From positions 80,662,001 through 80,726,000 of the forward strand of contig NC_079167.1 of assembly GCF_947568905.1 (NCBI RefSeq): a stretch of DNA of 64,000 bases, written 5' to 3'. Below the pieces are notes generated by a model that was given only the letters and a program-made list of their open reading frames with translations, did not search any database and was not told the DNA's origin. Every line of letters starts with the position of its first letter. Position 1 is the stretch's first letter. Of this stretch, positions 35,001-47,137 are shown piece by piece. The translations under genes and the position numbers were made by a program. The stretch comes from Ostrea edulis (lineage: Eukaryota).

Positions 35001-36907
35001 CATATATTTAATGATATCGTGCTTCCATACCATACGCAAGTTTAAAATGTACAAGTCCTCCTTTGACTATACAATTCAGCACTTCTCGCAAAAGTCCAGT
35101 AGGATAACTATATATGCTACATTAATACGATGCACATGTTTACATAGTTAGAATTAAAGCTTATTGCGAGTAACATTTCTAACAAACGAATTATTTGTCA
35201 TTTGACACTTATAATTTACATGTAACTGCTTTATATTCAGACGAACGCATTGAGATAGAATATCAAGTTCATTCTTGTTCAATTCAACTCTCCGACATCT
35301 CCAGTCAGCCCTATTTGTATATGACGTGCATTGCAATAGTCCTTTTTACACGTGGTCAAAATAAAATAACGGCGTCAACAAGTTTTGAATTTGAGTTTAA
35401 TGGAACAAGCATGTAGCATTGTAATTTCAGAGGATTGGTGGTTTCTCTGATTATATATAAACCTCCATAATACAAATAACACATCACTTTCCTCATTAAA
35501 TGGATTCATTCAAGTTTTTCTTGATTTAACCCAAAATATTCATAAAATAAAACTAGAACACTTGATATAGGATATCTCGCTTGCGCGAGTGCAACAAAAG
35601 TTTAATCATACACGTGTGCATGTACATAGATATCTGGAGGTTCATTATTCCACTCAACCTACAACAGAAAAAAGTGAAGCATTAATAAACCACAAATGTG
35701 TAACGTATTTTATACCATTCTCTCACCAGGGGGCGCGTAACGCAATCAACCCAAGGGCTTAACTCGAGTTACATCTGTAAAAGACACGTCATTCACAAGC
35801 ACAAACAAATACGCAACAAAACGAATTTCTTGTACAAATCACGATTAATCCGAGTTGCATCGCACGTAAACAAAAATGGCGGCACTGAGAACTTATAGGT
35901 ATCACACCGGTAATTATTTTCACTATATATTACTATAGAGGGGAAAAAATCATTAAAAATCAGTTTACAAAATTGATGCCGAATAACGCAGTCAGACACG
36001 TTCTATGTTACCTATCTCGTCTGACGACACCAGAAAAACAACACCCTACGCGGCATTTTCGAAAAAAAAAATTACCCGAAAACAAAACTACCCTCAAATC
36101 CACGTGTTTTTCACATGTGTGTAAACAGCCGGAGTGCACCTCAGGAAGTAGCCTCAGCTACCAACAGCAAATAGTTCCTTTGTATACACTTGATTATTTC
36201 TACAAATTACACAAAATTTCCTAATCAGGGGTACAAAAATTAAGAGAAAAGAAGAAGAGGAAATGAGAAAAATCGCGCAAGGAAAAAAAAAATCTTTAAA
36301 TATATGGAACTACAATTGATTAAGTTCATTTTGATTGGACAATTACCGGTGTGATACCTATAGCGAGTCAGCGCGCTGCGATCACTAAGAGAGGTCTGTG
36401 TGAGTGTGTGTGTGCTTGTGTGTGTGTGGAATTTAATTTTCTTCTATATGAAAGAAAACAAGTATAGACCCTATCATCTGACGTCACCGACATGAACCAG
36501 GTCAAACAAACTTTAAAGCTATTTAAACAAGAGCTATCACGCAGTGTATACAACCCGCACAGGACTAGACTGGAGGTCGAAAGAACGGGGAGGCCATGTT
36601 GGATTTACAGGTGAGACAAAATTTTATATACACCTTCTGGCATTACCGTGTCATTAATATCGATATTCAAGTGATCAATGAGATAGATATCTTCACTAAA
36701 ATTATAATTTCATACTATTCTGAGAAGGGGGATCGAGAGGGGTGTCGTATATCGATGACAAATACATATCAGTCCAATTTAAAGTATTAGAATCAATGTC
36801 CGTAGTTTTTCTATCTAGCTTTTCAACTGTTTTGACCTGACAAAATCTTTAATCAAGATTCATCTCTTTATTGACAGTAAACAGCTTGTGTGATCCCGAC
36901 CTCAGAA

Positions 36908-38590
36908 ATGCATCCCCGGCGCAGTGCCCAGGACGTCCTACTGTGTGACTTCTGTGAAACTGCCCCCCTACAGAGTCACTGTAAACTTTGTCATATAAAT
37001 CTCTGTGTTATCTGTGTCGGTAAACATCTCTCCGATTCCTCTAAAGATCACAATGTCGTGCCCTTTATAAAACACATAAAGTCTACCTCTAACTACCCAA
37101 AATGTCCGAAACACGCCGAAAAACATTGTGAAATGTTCTGTGAGAAATGTGCCATTCCTGTCTGTTCTACCTGCGTCACCTCAGGTGAACATGAAGGTCA
37201 CAAATTTTCAGATGTTCTGAAAAAAATCAGCTCTAAAACAGAAAGTTTACAAAAAGATTTAGAGGAACTCGAGACCAGAATTCATCCCCGATATGAAGAA
37301 ATGGCGTCCGATGTCCAAACTGAGAAAGCCGAGTTAGAAACTAAATACGGGAAACTGACAACAGCCGCCGATCAACAAGGAGAACTCTTACACCGGGAGA
37401 TTACCGCCATTGTCAACAAGCGGAAATCCGACATTGCGGAGATGAAAAACAAACACCTGGCCGCTCTCAATAAAAATACAGATGAAATTACAAACCGAAT
37501 TACAGAACTCAGACAGATCATTCAGGACCTGAAGAAAATACTGGACTCCAATGACGTCTCCTTAACCTCATCTTACAAATCTAGGAATTCCGAATTCAGA
37601 ACATTACCGTCTAAAGTCCGAGTCACATTACCGAGTTTCTCTCCTCAGAAAATAAACAAAGATCAGCTCAATGAAATGTTCGGTTCTCTGCCGCCATTAT
37701 CCATTAACACAGAACATGGCGACACAATGAAGTCAGCAGAAGCTGTATCGTCTCCTCCAGTCAAACCACTGCTTGATGAGCCGCGCATCACCGCCACCAT
37801 AGACACTGGGTATGGTAGATACGAACTACGCAGTGTTAGCTGTCTGAGTGAAGATCAAGTCTGGACACGCGGCGATAACAAAACCATGATGCTGCTCAAC
37901 CTCCAGAGTGAACTACTGACATCAATAAAAACCAAGTCAGGGAACACACCGCGGGACATAGCAGTGACACGGGACGGAGATCTTGTTTATACTGACTATC
38001 ATGATAAAACTGTTAACTTAATTAAGAATAAACAGATACAGACCGTGATCACACTACAGGGGTGGATACCCTTTAGACAGGGGTGGAGACCTCTCAATGT
38101 CTGCTGTACCGCGGCTAACAACCTCCTGGTTACCATGGAGAGTGATGATGAAACACAATCCAAAGTCGTGCGTTACTCCGGCTCCAAAGAGAAACAAAGC
38201 ATTCAGTTTGATGATCAGGGTCGTCCTCTCTATTCATCTGGTTATTATAAATACCTCAGTGAGAACAGGAACCTGGATATCTGTGTGGCTGACTGTGACG
38301 CTAGAGCAGTAGTGGTGGTCAATCAGTCAGGAAAACTCCGATTTAGATACACTGGTCATCCCTCTAATACCAAGCAACCATTTGATCCAGTCGGCATCAC
38401 TACAGACAGCCAGAGTCACATCCTGACAGCAGACAATGACCGTATCCACATCCTAGATCAGGACGGACAGTTCCTCCGTTACATTCTCTGTGGTTTAGAA
38501 GATCCATCAGGTTTATGTGTGGACATCAGAGACAACCTCTTTGTGGCTGAGTATCGCACTGCTAAAGTGAAGAAAATCCAATATCTATAA
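36908..38590 (+). CDS. RING-less TRIM-like protein (two B-boxes, coiled coil, NHL-repeat beta-propeller), 560 aa, single coding exon
   Basis: Acceptor TTGACAG at ~36878 then ATG at 36908 (MHPRRSAQDVLLCDFC..CHINLC..C..H; CPKH..CEMFCEKC..VCSTC..H..H); helical middle; C-terminal P-x-GI-x-x-D and DRIHILDQDG NHL repeats. Confidence 0.93.
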   Translation: MHPRRSAQDVLLCDFCETAPLQSHCKLCHINLCVICVGKHLSDSSKDHNVVPFIKHIKSTSNYPKCPKHAEKHCEMFCEKCAIPVCSTCVTSGEHEGHKFSDVLKKISSKTESLQKDLEELETRIHPRYEEMASDVQTEKAELETKYGKLTTAADQQGELLHREITAIVNKRKSDIAEMKNKHLAALNKNTDEITNRITELRQIIQDLKKILDSNDVSLTSSYKSRNSEFRTLPSKVRVTLPSFSPQKINKDQLNEMFGSLPPLSINTEHGDTMKSAEAVSSPPVKPLLDEPRITATIDTGYGRYELRSVSCLSEDQVWTRGDNKTMMLLNLQSELLTSIKTKSGNTPRDIAVTRDGDLVYTDYHDKTVNLIKNKQIQTVITLQGWIPFRQGWRPLNVCCTAANNLLVTMESDDETQSKVVRYSGSKEKQSIQFDDQGRPLYSSGYYKYLSENRNLDICVADCDARAVVVVNQSGKLRFRYTGHPSNTKQPFDPVGITTDSQSHILTADNDRIHILDQDGQFLRYILCGLEDPSGLCVDIRDNLFVAEYRTAKVKKIQYL

Positions 38591-38703
38591 TCACAGTGTT
38601 AATTACACATCTCAACACGGCGTTAATTACATCTACACAGTGTTAATTACATTTCTAAACACAGTGCAATTTACAGCCTTATGTTAATTACTTACTTACT
38701 TAC

Positions 38704-41701
38704 TTAGTCCTCTTCGTGCTTGTCAGCACATAAGGCCGTCACCAGAGACTTCCATGTTGGTCTGTCAGCACATAAGGCCGTCACCAGAGACTTCCATGTT
38801 GGTCTGTCTTTCGCCCATTTCTGGACCTGTCCCCAACTCCAGTTGTTATCTTTCATTTCTTTCTCCACCGATCTTCTCCAGGTCTCTCTTGGTCTTCCTC
38901 TCTTTCTCTTGTCAGTTGGTGACCATTTCAAAGCAACCCTTGGGATGGAATTTGTGTACATTCTGCATACATGTCCTATCCACAGCCATTTTCTCTTTCT
39001 GATCGTCTGGGATAGAGGAGTGGTGTTTGTCCTTTTGTACAGTTCGTCATTTGAGATGGTGTTAGGCCAGAAGATGCGCAATATTCTGCGGAGACATCGG
39101 GTCTGAAATACATCCAGCTTGTTGGAAATAGACTTGGTTACTTTCCAAGATTCAGCACCATATAGTAGGACCCCAAGCACGTTGCTCTTGAAGATCTTAA
39201 TTTTGGTGTTGGTGCTAAACTTTGTTGACCTCCAGATGTTCCGCAGAGCAGCATACGCTCCTGTGGCTTTAGAAATGCGAGCTTGTACATCTGCCTCTGA
39301 ATCCCCATCAGTGGTGATCTTACTTCCTAGGTATGGGAAGTTGGTGACATCTTCGATGTTTGTGCCATTTAAGGAGATTGGTTCCTCTGATATGGTATTG
39401 ACCTTCATGATCTTAGTTTTGGAGGTGTTTATATGAAGGCCAATTGTTTCAGCTGTTTTTGCGAGCTGGGTGGTTTTTTCTTGCATGTCTCGATGACGGT
39501 GAGATAACAGTGCAATATCGTCCGCAAAATCAAGGTCTTCAAGTACTTCTGTCATACCCCAAGTAATCCCTGTTCGTTTGCTTCTAGTTGTTTTTCGCAT
39601 AATCCAGTCGATGCAGAAGGTAAAGAGAAGAGGAGAGAGCAGACATCCCTGTTTCACTCCTGTCGTCAATTTAAACTCCTCTGATAGGCTTGATCCGCAG
39701 ATAACTCTGGCATTAAGTTCAGTGTATTGCATCTTGATGATGGAGATGATTTTATCTGGGATTCCATAATGATGAAGGATTCTTTCTAGGGCTAGGCGAT
39801 TAACACTATCAAAAGCTTTGGTGAAGTCAATGAAATTGATGTATAATGGGGAGTTCCATTCATTGCTTTGTTCTAGAATTTGTCTGAGAGCGAATATCTG
39901 ATCAGCGCACGACTTCCCTTTCCTAAAGCCTGCTTGTTCTTGACGCAGTAAGGGATTTGTTACTTCTGCAATTCTGTCCAGTATCACTCTGCTTAGAACC
40001 TTCATGGTAATAGAAAGCAACATTATTCCTCTATAGTTGTTACAATTTGAGAGGTCTCCTTTCTTTGGTAATTTAACTATAAGGCCAGTTTTCCAGAAGG
40101 ATGGTGTTTCTTCTGATTCCCAGATCTTCTGTAGGATATTTGTCAAAATTTTAGGTGTCCAGTATTCTTCGGCCTTGAGGAGCTCTGCATGTATCTGATC
40201 AATGCCTGCAGCTTTTCCATTTTTAAGTTTGGTGATTGCCTTTTTTACCTCTTCTATACTTGGTGGATCAGTATCAATATCTAATGTGTCCGTGGCTGGT
40301 AATATTATTGCTTCGTTCTCTGGGTCTTTCATATTAAATACTTCTTCAAAATGTTCCTTCCAGCGTTTCAGTATGTCTTCTTCTTTTGATAGTACATTTC
40401 CCCGTTTGTCTTTAATTGGTAGCTCTGATGACTGAAATTTGCCTGCTAATGTTTTGTAATTCGATAGAGGGTCTGCATGTCTTGTTTAGAAGCTGCTTGT
40501 TCTGCCTCATAAGCTAGCTTTTCAGTGTATGCCTTTCTGTCAGCTCTTACACTCCTCTTTACTTCCCTGTCAATAGCCCGATATTCTGCCTGGAGTTGGT
40601 CCTTTTGCCTCTTAGATTTTGTGGATAAGATTTTACTTTTCTTCTCTTTTCGTTCTTCTACTATTTTCCATGTTTTATCTGAAATCCATTCTTCTTTTTT
40701 CTTTCTCTTTGGGCCAAGTATTTGTTGACTATTTTCTATTAATACCTTGTTAAAAGTTTCCATATCGATTTCATCAGGATGTTCCATGAGTGTTGAAAAC
40801 TTGTTCTGGATTTTTAATTGAAAAGATCTCAGGGTTTTTGTATCTTTGAGTTTTTGGATGTTGATTGGAGGTGGTCTTTGATCTTTTTTCCTTGATTTCC
40901 TCAGTTTTAACTTGATTTTTGCCAGTACTAAAGAGTGGTCACTTCCCATATCAGCCCTTGTTTTGCAACCACATCGAGAAGACTACTTCTCCATCTCTTG
41001 TTGACGATAATATGGTCAATTTGGTTCTTTGTATGACCATCTGGTGAGTTCCATGTCTTATGGATGTCTTTGTGCATGAATATAGTTCCACCAATTACTA
41101 GGTCGTTTTCTTGGCAGAAAGTGCATAGTCTCTCTCCGTTGTTGTTACACTCTCCTATTCCTTGCTGGCCCATGATGGTTTCTTTACCTTGGTTGCATTT
41201 TCCAACTTTAGCATTTAAGTCTCCAAGGATAAGCAGAACATCATGAGATGGTGTGTCGTCTACTACATTTTGTAGGCTGTCATAGAAAGATATTTTCTCT
41301 TCATCTTCTGCATCATCTGTTGGTGCATAGCAAACCACAGCAGTCAATTTGGCGAAGACTGAGTTGTACCTTGCTGTTATTATTCGCTCACTCACAGGTT
41401 TCCATTCTAGAAGACTTCTGTGGACCTCCTTTGTTGTAATAATGGCTACTCCTTTGCTATGATGGTCGTCGGTTCTTCCAGAGTAGAGTATCTGATGTCC
41501 AGATACTAGTTGTTTTCATCCACTACCTGTCCATCTGGCTTCACTAACTCCTAGGAGCTCGATCTTGTAATGCTCCATTTCTCTCACCACTTGTGCTAGT
41601 TTTCCTGTTTGGTAGAGGGTCCGCACGTTCCAGCAGCCCACTCTACGGATTATTTTCGGTCGAAGGACATCTCCTATCGGGATGGATGATTCACCCGTCA
41701 T
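38704..41701 (-). pseudogene. RTE ORF2 (APE endonuclease plus reverse transcriptase)
   Basis: In-frame TGA at 41516-41518, two apparent single-base frameshifts near 40950 and 40460; RT part 38704-40332 is open. Confidence 0.92.
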
Positions 41702-42069
41702 ACTTCCAGTGTCCTGAATGGTGTCAATCCTTCTTCCATCATTTTGTTCTCTGGTTAAGGTTTCAGTAGCGTCTTTTGTTTAACATGTTAGGGTTGCTGG
41801 CCCTAAGCATAACCCCCTGAACTCGGAGGACCAGTGGTTTTCTGTTGGGGTTGTCCTTCCCTTAGATGATTGCTTTCCCTTGCTTTCGTGTTCATCTACA
41901 CAGATTTTCTTTCTGGATTTTCTTCCATAGCCTTTGACTTGCCAAAGCCATCCACAAGGCAGTGGAACTATTTGACCCATAGATGGGGCAAGGTTGGTGA
42001 GAACCAGGGCATGTCCACGCGCAGGTGGGCCTGCACTCTGCACCTCTAGGGTCCTTACTACTCCGAGAT

Positions 42070-42302
42070 CCCCTTCATGTTAGCCTTGAGTGCTAGACCC
42101 AAAATTCCGTGTGTTGCCCCGAGGAGGCGTTTGAAGGAGTCTAAGTAATGTAGAGGCTATGTACTGGCAGGGCGAGATTTCTGCTTTCGCTACTTTCCCT
42201 TTCACCTACAAGTAGGCTAGCCAGCGGCAGTAAGGATCTATAGGCGTTTGATCTTTACCGCACTAGACGCATATCATTACTCTGTGATAAACACCAACAC
42301 AC
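42070..42302 (-). ncRNA. HDV-like self-cleaving ribozyme at the RTE 5' end
   Basis: P1 GUGUGUU (42302-42296)/AACACAC (42115-42109); P2 CUCCUUCA (42139-42132)/UGAAGGGG (42077-42070); P3 GCC/GGC with L3 UCCUCGG; P1.1 CC/GG (42108-42107); P4 UUUGGGU/ACUCAAG; J4/2 GCUAA with candidate catalytic C at 42083; J1/2 156 nt. Confidence 0.8.
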
Positions 42303-42399
42303 TATGTTAATTACAGTGCCATGTTAATTACAGTTCTGTGTTAATTACAGTTCCTTGTTAATTACAGCCCTGGGTTTGTGAGTGTAATTAACGTGTTCT

Positions 42400-42670
42400 T
42401 GTGTTTGTGTGTGTAAGGATAGAACACTAGTCTCTCACTGCTGTTTAGTAATTATACCTTACAATATCTGTATTATAATTAATGAGACACTGTTAATCTT
42501 AGTATACTAATTACATGTACTTATCTATTGACACAGTAGTTGTGTGTTTGTGTGTGTACGGATAGAACATTAGTCTCTCGCTGCTGTTTAGTAATTATAT
42601 CGTACAATATCTGTATCATTATAATTAATGAGACATGATTTATCTTCGTATACTAATTACTTATTTGACT
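42400..42670. repeat. ~135-bp tandem duplication downstream of the TRIM gene
   Basis: GTGTTTGTGTGTGTA(A/C)GGATAGAACA(C/T)TAGTCTCTC..TATACTAATTAC occurs twice. Confidence 0.8.
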
Positions 42671-43366
42671 GTGTTACTGGTTATTTATCTCTATACAATC
42701 TTTTAAACACATGTGAGTCACGGAATACAATTTAATGAATGTATTAAAATTAGTTATTGTGAAGTACTTAGGAATTTCTCTTTGTCAGTAATTATTTTGG
42801 CCCAATTACTAATTTGACTGTGTTAGTATTTATTCATCTATCTATATAAAATCTTTTGAACACATGTTTATATAATCAATTAATTCAACGAAAATCAATT
42901 ATTGTGATGTACTAAGAAATTCTATTTAGTGTGTAGCCTTGAATTATAGTACATCCACTAGTGAGTACTTACAAGTAATTAATTGAATTGAATTCTATAG
43001 CCTTGAATTATAGTACATTTACTACTGAGTACAATGTACTTACATGTAGTATTACTTGTTTTTGTGTGATGAACAGCTAACAGAACAGTATTTTGGAAAT
43101 TATTGTATTTATTACATGTATTATATAACTGTGTATATATAAACACTATTTAGAGTACAATCTTACATTATTACTGAGTACTTACTTAGATTTATAGTAC
43201 TGTAACAGAGAGTGACCCCAAACATCCTTCATCACAGATCTTCAGATTCAAGGTCACAGTCTTCTGTTGACCATCAACAAGGTCACAACAATCCACAGTC
43301 CTACAAAATCAACACAGACAAAGTGTAATCATGTCAAACTGTATCGTCAAGAATTGTCTGTATTTG

Positions 43367-44081
43367 AAAAGGAGGTCCATGGGCTACATTGCTCACCTGA
43401 GTCACCTTGGTCCATATATAAAGATTTTCCCTATATTTTTGCATGTAAAATATTGGTCCCTATTGTTGCCCCAACCTACTCACGGGGTCCATGATTTTTA
43501 CAAACTTGAATCTGCACTATGTCAGGAAGCTTCTGTGTAAATGTAAACTTCTCTGGCCTAATTGTTCCTGAGAAGATTTTCTCGATATATTTGTATGTAT
43601 AACTTTGATCACCTATTGAGGTCCCATCCTTCCCCCAGGGGCATGATTTTAACAAACTTGAATCTTGCTCTATGCCAGGAACCTTTCATGTAAATTTATA
43701 CTATTCTGGCTCAGCAGTTCTTGTTGAGAAGATTTTTCCTAAATATTTGTATGTAAACTTTGATACCCTATTGTGGCCCTATCCTACCCTCGGGGGTCAT
43801 GATTTTTACAAACTTGAATTTCCATAATGTCAGAAAGCTTTCATGTAAATGTCAGCTCTTCTGGCCCAATGGTTCTTGAGAAGATTTTTAAATGACACCT
43901 CCCTATTATTACATTTTTGTGATGATATCCCCTCTGAAAAGGCCCTTCATTTCAATGTACTTGAAACCCAAGGATAGTTTTTGCCAAGTTTGGATGAAAT
44001 TGGCCCAGTGGTTCTACAGAAGAAGTTGAAAATGTAAAAAGTTGAAAGACAGACAGGTGGACAAGAGGTGATCAGAAAAGT

Positions 44082-44114
<33 letters not shown>
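43367..44114 (+). mobile_element. Helentron-type non-autonomous element with Cg170-like units
   Basis: Same 5' box (GAGG(C/T)CCATGGG..GCTCACCTGAG), satellite units and 3' box (TCAGCTCAGGTGAGCTAAAAA) as 11162-12199. Confidence 0.8.
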
Positions 44115-44151
44115 TTCCATTTACAGTGGAGTATATTTACTTGTTCATATA

Positions 44152-44299
44152 CAGTTAAACCTTGGTATCTCAAACATCGATATTTTGAATACCATGGATA
44201 TGTTCAAGTGAGTTAGAAGTCCTAGCTACATTTTCTTTCCGTAGTTTTACCTCAATATCTCAAACCTGATATCGAGTTCCAGATATTGAGATTCAACTG
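44152..44299. mobile_element. Tc1/mariner-type MITE
   Basis: TA|CAGTTAAACCTTGGTATCTC...GATATTGAGATTCAACTG|TA; homologous to 14179-14345. Confidence 0.75.
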
Positions 44300-47137
44300 T
44301 ATAGGTCAATGTAATAGGAAGGAATAAATGAGATTCGATTGTATAGGTAAATGTAATAGGAAGGACAAAATGACATTCGACTCTAAAGGTAAATGTAATA
44401 GGAAGGACAAAATGAGATTCGACTCTATAGGTAAATGTTATAGGAAGGACAAAGTGAGATTTGACTGTATAGGTAAATGTAATAGGAAGGACAAAATGAG
44501 ATTGGATTGTATAGGTAAATGTAATAGGAAGGACAAAATGACATTCGACTGTATAGGTAAATGTTATAGGAAAGACAAAATGATATTGTATAGGTAAATG
44601 TTATAGGAAGGACAAAATGAGATTGGATTATATAGGTAAATGTAAAAGGAAGGACAAAATGACATTCGACTCTATAGGTAAATGTAATAGGAAGGACAAA
44701 ATGAGATTGTATAGGTAAATGTAATAGGAAGGACAAAATTGCATTCGATTGTAGAGGTAAATGTAATAGGAAGGACAAAGTGAGATTTGACTGTATAGGT
44801 AAATGTAATACGAAGGACAAAATGAGATTGGATTGTATAGGTAAATGTAATAGGAAGGACAAAATGACATTCGACTCTATAGGTAAATGTTAAAGGAAGG
44901 ACAAAATGAGATTGACTGTATAGGTAAATGTAATAGGAAGGACAAAGTGAGATTTGGCTGTATAGGTAAATGTAATAGGAAGGACAAAGTGAGATTTGAC
45001 TGTATAGGTAAATGTAATAGGAAGGACAAAATGAGATTGTATAGGTAAATGTTATAGGAAGGACAAAATGAGATTGTATAGGTAAATGTAATGGGAAGGA
45101 CAAAGTGAGATTTGACTGTATAGGTAAATGTAATAGGAAGGACAAAATGAGATTGTATAGGTAAATGTTATAGGAAGGACAAAATGAGATTGTATAGGTA
45201 AATGTAATAGGAAGGACAAAATGAGATTGTATAGGTAAATGTTATAGGAAGGACAAAATGAGATTGTATAGGTAAATGTAATAGGAAGGACAAAATCACA
45301 TTCGATTGTATAGGTAAATGTAATAGGAAAGACAAAATGAGATTGTATAGGTAAATGTAATAGGAAGAACAAAATGAGATTTGACTGTATAGGTAAATGT
45401 AATAGGAAGGCCAAATCAGATTGTATAGGTAAATGTAATAGGAAGGACAAAATGAGATTGTATAGGTAAATGTAATAGGAAGGAATAAATGAGATTGTAT
45501 AGGTAAATGTAATAGGAAGGACAAAATGATATTTGACTGTATAGGTAAATGTAATAGGAAGGACAAAATGACTTTCGACTGTATAGGTAAATGTAATAGG
45601 AAGGACAAAATGACATTCGATTGTATAGGTAAATGTAATAGGAAGGACAAAATGAGATTTGACTGTATAGGTAAATGTAATATGAGGGACAAAATGATAT
45701 TCGACTGTATAGGTAAATCTAAAAGGAAGGACAAAATGAGACTGTATAGGTAAATGTAATAGGAAGGACAAAATGAGATTGTATAGGTAAATGTAATAGG
45801 AAGGACAAAATGAGATTTGACTGTATAGGTAAATGTAATAGGAAGGACAAAATGACATTCGATTGTATAGGTAAATGTAATAGGAAGGACAAAATGAGAT
45901 TTGACTGTATAGGTAAATGTAATATGAGGGACAAAATGATATTCGACTGTATAGGTAAATCTAAAAGGAAGGACAAAATGAGACTGTATAGGTAAATGTA
46001 ATAGGAAGGACAAAATGAGATTGTATAGGTAAATGTAATAGGAAGGACAAAATGAGATTTGACTGTATAGGTAAATGTAATAGGAGGGACAAAATGAGAT
46101 TGTACAGGTAAATATAATAGGAAGGAGAAAATGAGATTTGACTTTATAGGTAAATGTAATAGGAAGGACAAAATGAGATTTGACTGTATAGGTAAATGTA
46201 ATAGGAAGGACAAAATGAGATTGTATAGGTAAATGTAATAAGAAGGACAAAATGAGATTGTATAGGTAAATGTTATAGGAAGGACAAAATGAGATTGCAT
46301 AGGTAAATGTTATAGGAAGGACAAAATGAGATTGTATAGGTAAATGTAATAGGAACAACAAAATGAGATTGGATTGTATAGGTAAATGTAATAGGAAGGA
46401 CAAAATCACATTCGATTGTATAGGTAAATGTAATAGGAAGGACAAAATGAGATTTGACTGTAATAGGAAGGACAAAATGATATTCAAGTGTATAGGTAAA
46501 TGTAATAGGAAGGACAAAATGAGAATTGACTATAGGTAAATGTAATAGGAATGACATAAGAAGAATGGACTGTATAGATAAATGTAATAGGAAGGACAAG
46601 ATGAGATTTGACTGTATAGGTAAATGTAATAGGAGGGACAAAATGAGATTGTATAGGTAAATGTTATAGGAAGGACAAAATGAGATTGGATTGTATTGGT
46701 AAATGTAATAGGAAGGACAAAATGAGATTGTATAGGTAAATGTTATAGGAAGGACAAAATGAGATTGTATAGGTAAATGTTATAGGAAGGACAAAATGAG
46801 ATTGGATTGTATTGGTAAATGTAATAGGAAGGACAAAATGAGATTGTATAGGTAAATGTAATAGGAAGGACAAAATGAATAGGTAAATGTAATAGGAAGG
46901 ACAAAATGAGATTGTATAGGTAAATGTAATAGGAAGGACAAAATGAATAGGTAAATGTAATAGGAAGGACAAAATGAGATTTGACTGTATAGGTAAATGT
47001 AATAGGAAGGACAAAATGAGATTGTATAGGTAAATGTAATAGGAACGACAAAGTGAGATTGGACTGTATAGGTTAATATAATAGGAAGGATAAAATGAGA
47101 TTGTATAGGTAAATGTTATAGGAAGGACAAAATGAGA
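44300..47137. repeat. ~2.8-kb minisatellite of 42-bp and 37-bp monomers (remnants continue to ~47720)
   Basis: Monomer TATAGGTAAATGTAATAGGAAGGACAAAATGAGATT(CGACT)G; ~70 copies by length; explains all repetitive ORFs in this interval. Confidence 0.98.

Larger units (their letters stand above)
38692..42302 (-). mobile_element. Full-length RTE-clade LINE, 12-bp TSD, (TAAG)n tail, inactivated by three lesions
   Basis: TSD TATGTTAATTAC at 38680-38691 and 42303-42314 (last C is ambiguous with the tail); APE domain (GCWNVRTL, DLNAKVG, GSDH) and RT domain (NYRGI.LL, QAGFR, DFTKAFDSV, GVKQG, FADD). Confidence 0.96.

Noticed and set aside
41780-42043. 87-aa ORF in the RTE 5' region
   Set aside because: It could be the short upstream ORF of RTE elements, but has a non-ATG start and no motif; not called separately.
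44328-47051. Many long ORFs (up to 449 aa) on both strands
   Set aside because: They are translations of the 37/42-bp minisatellite, with repetitive peptides and no gene structure.
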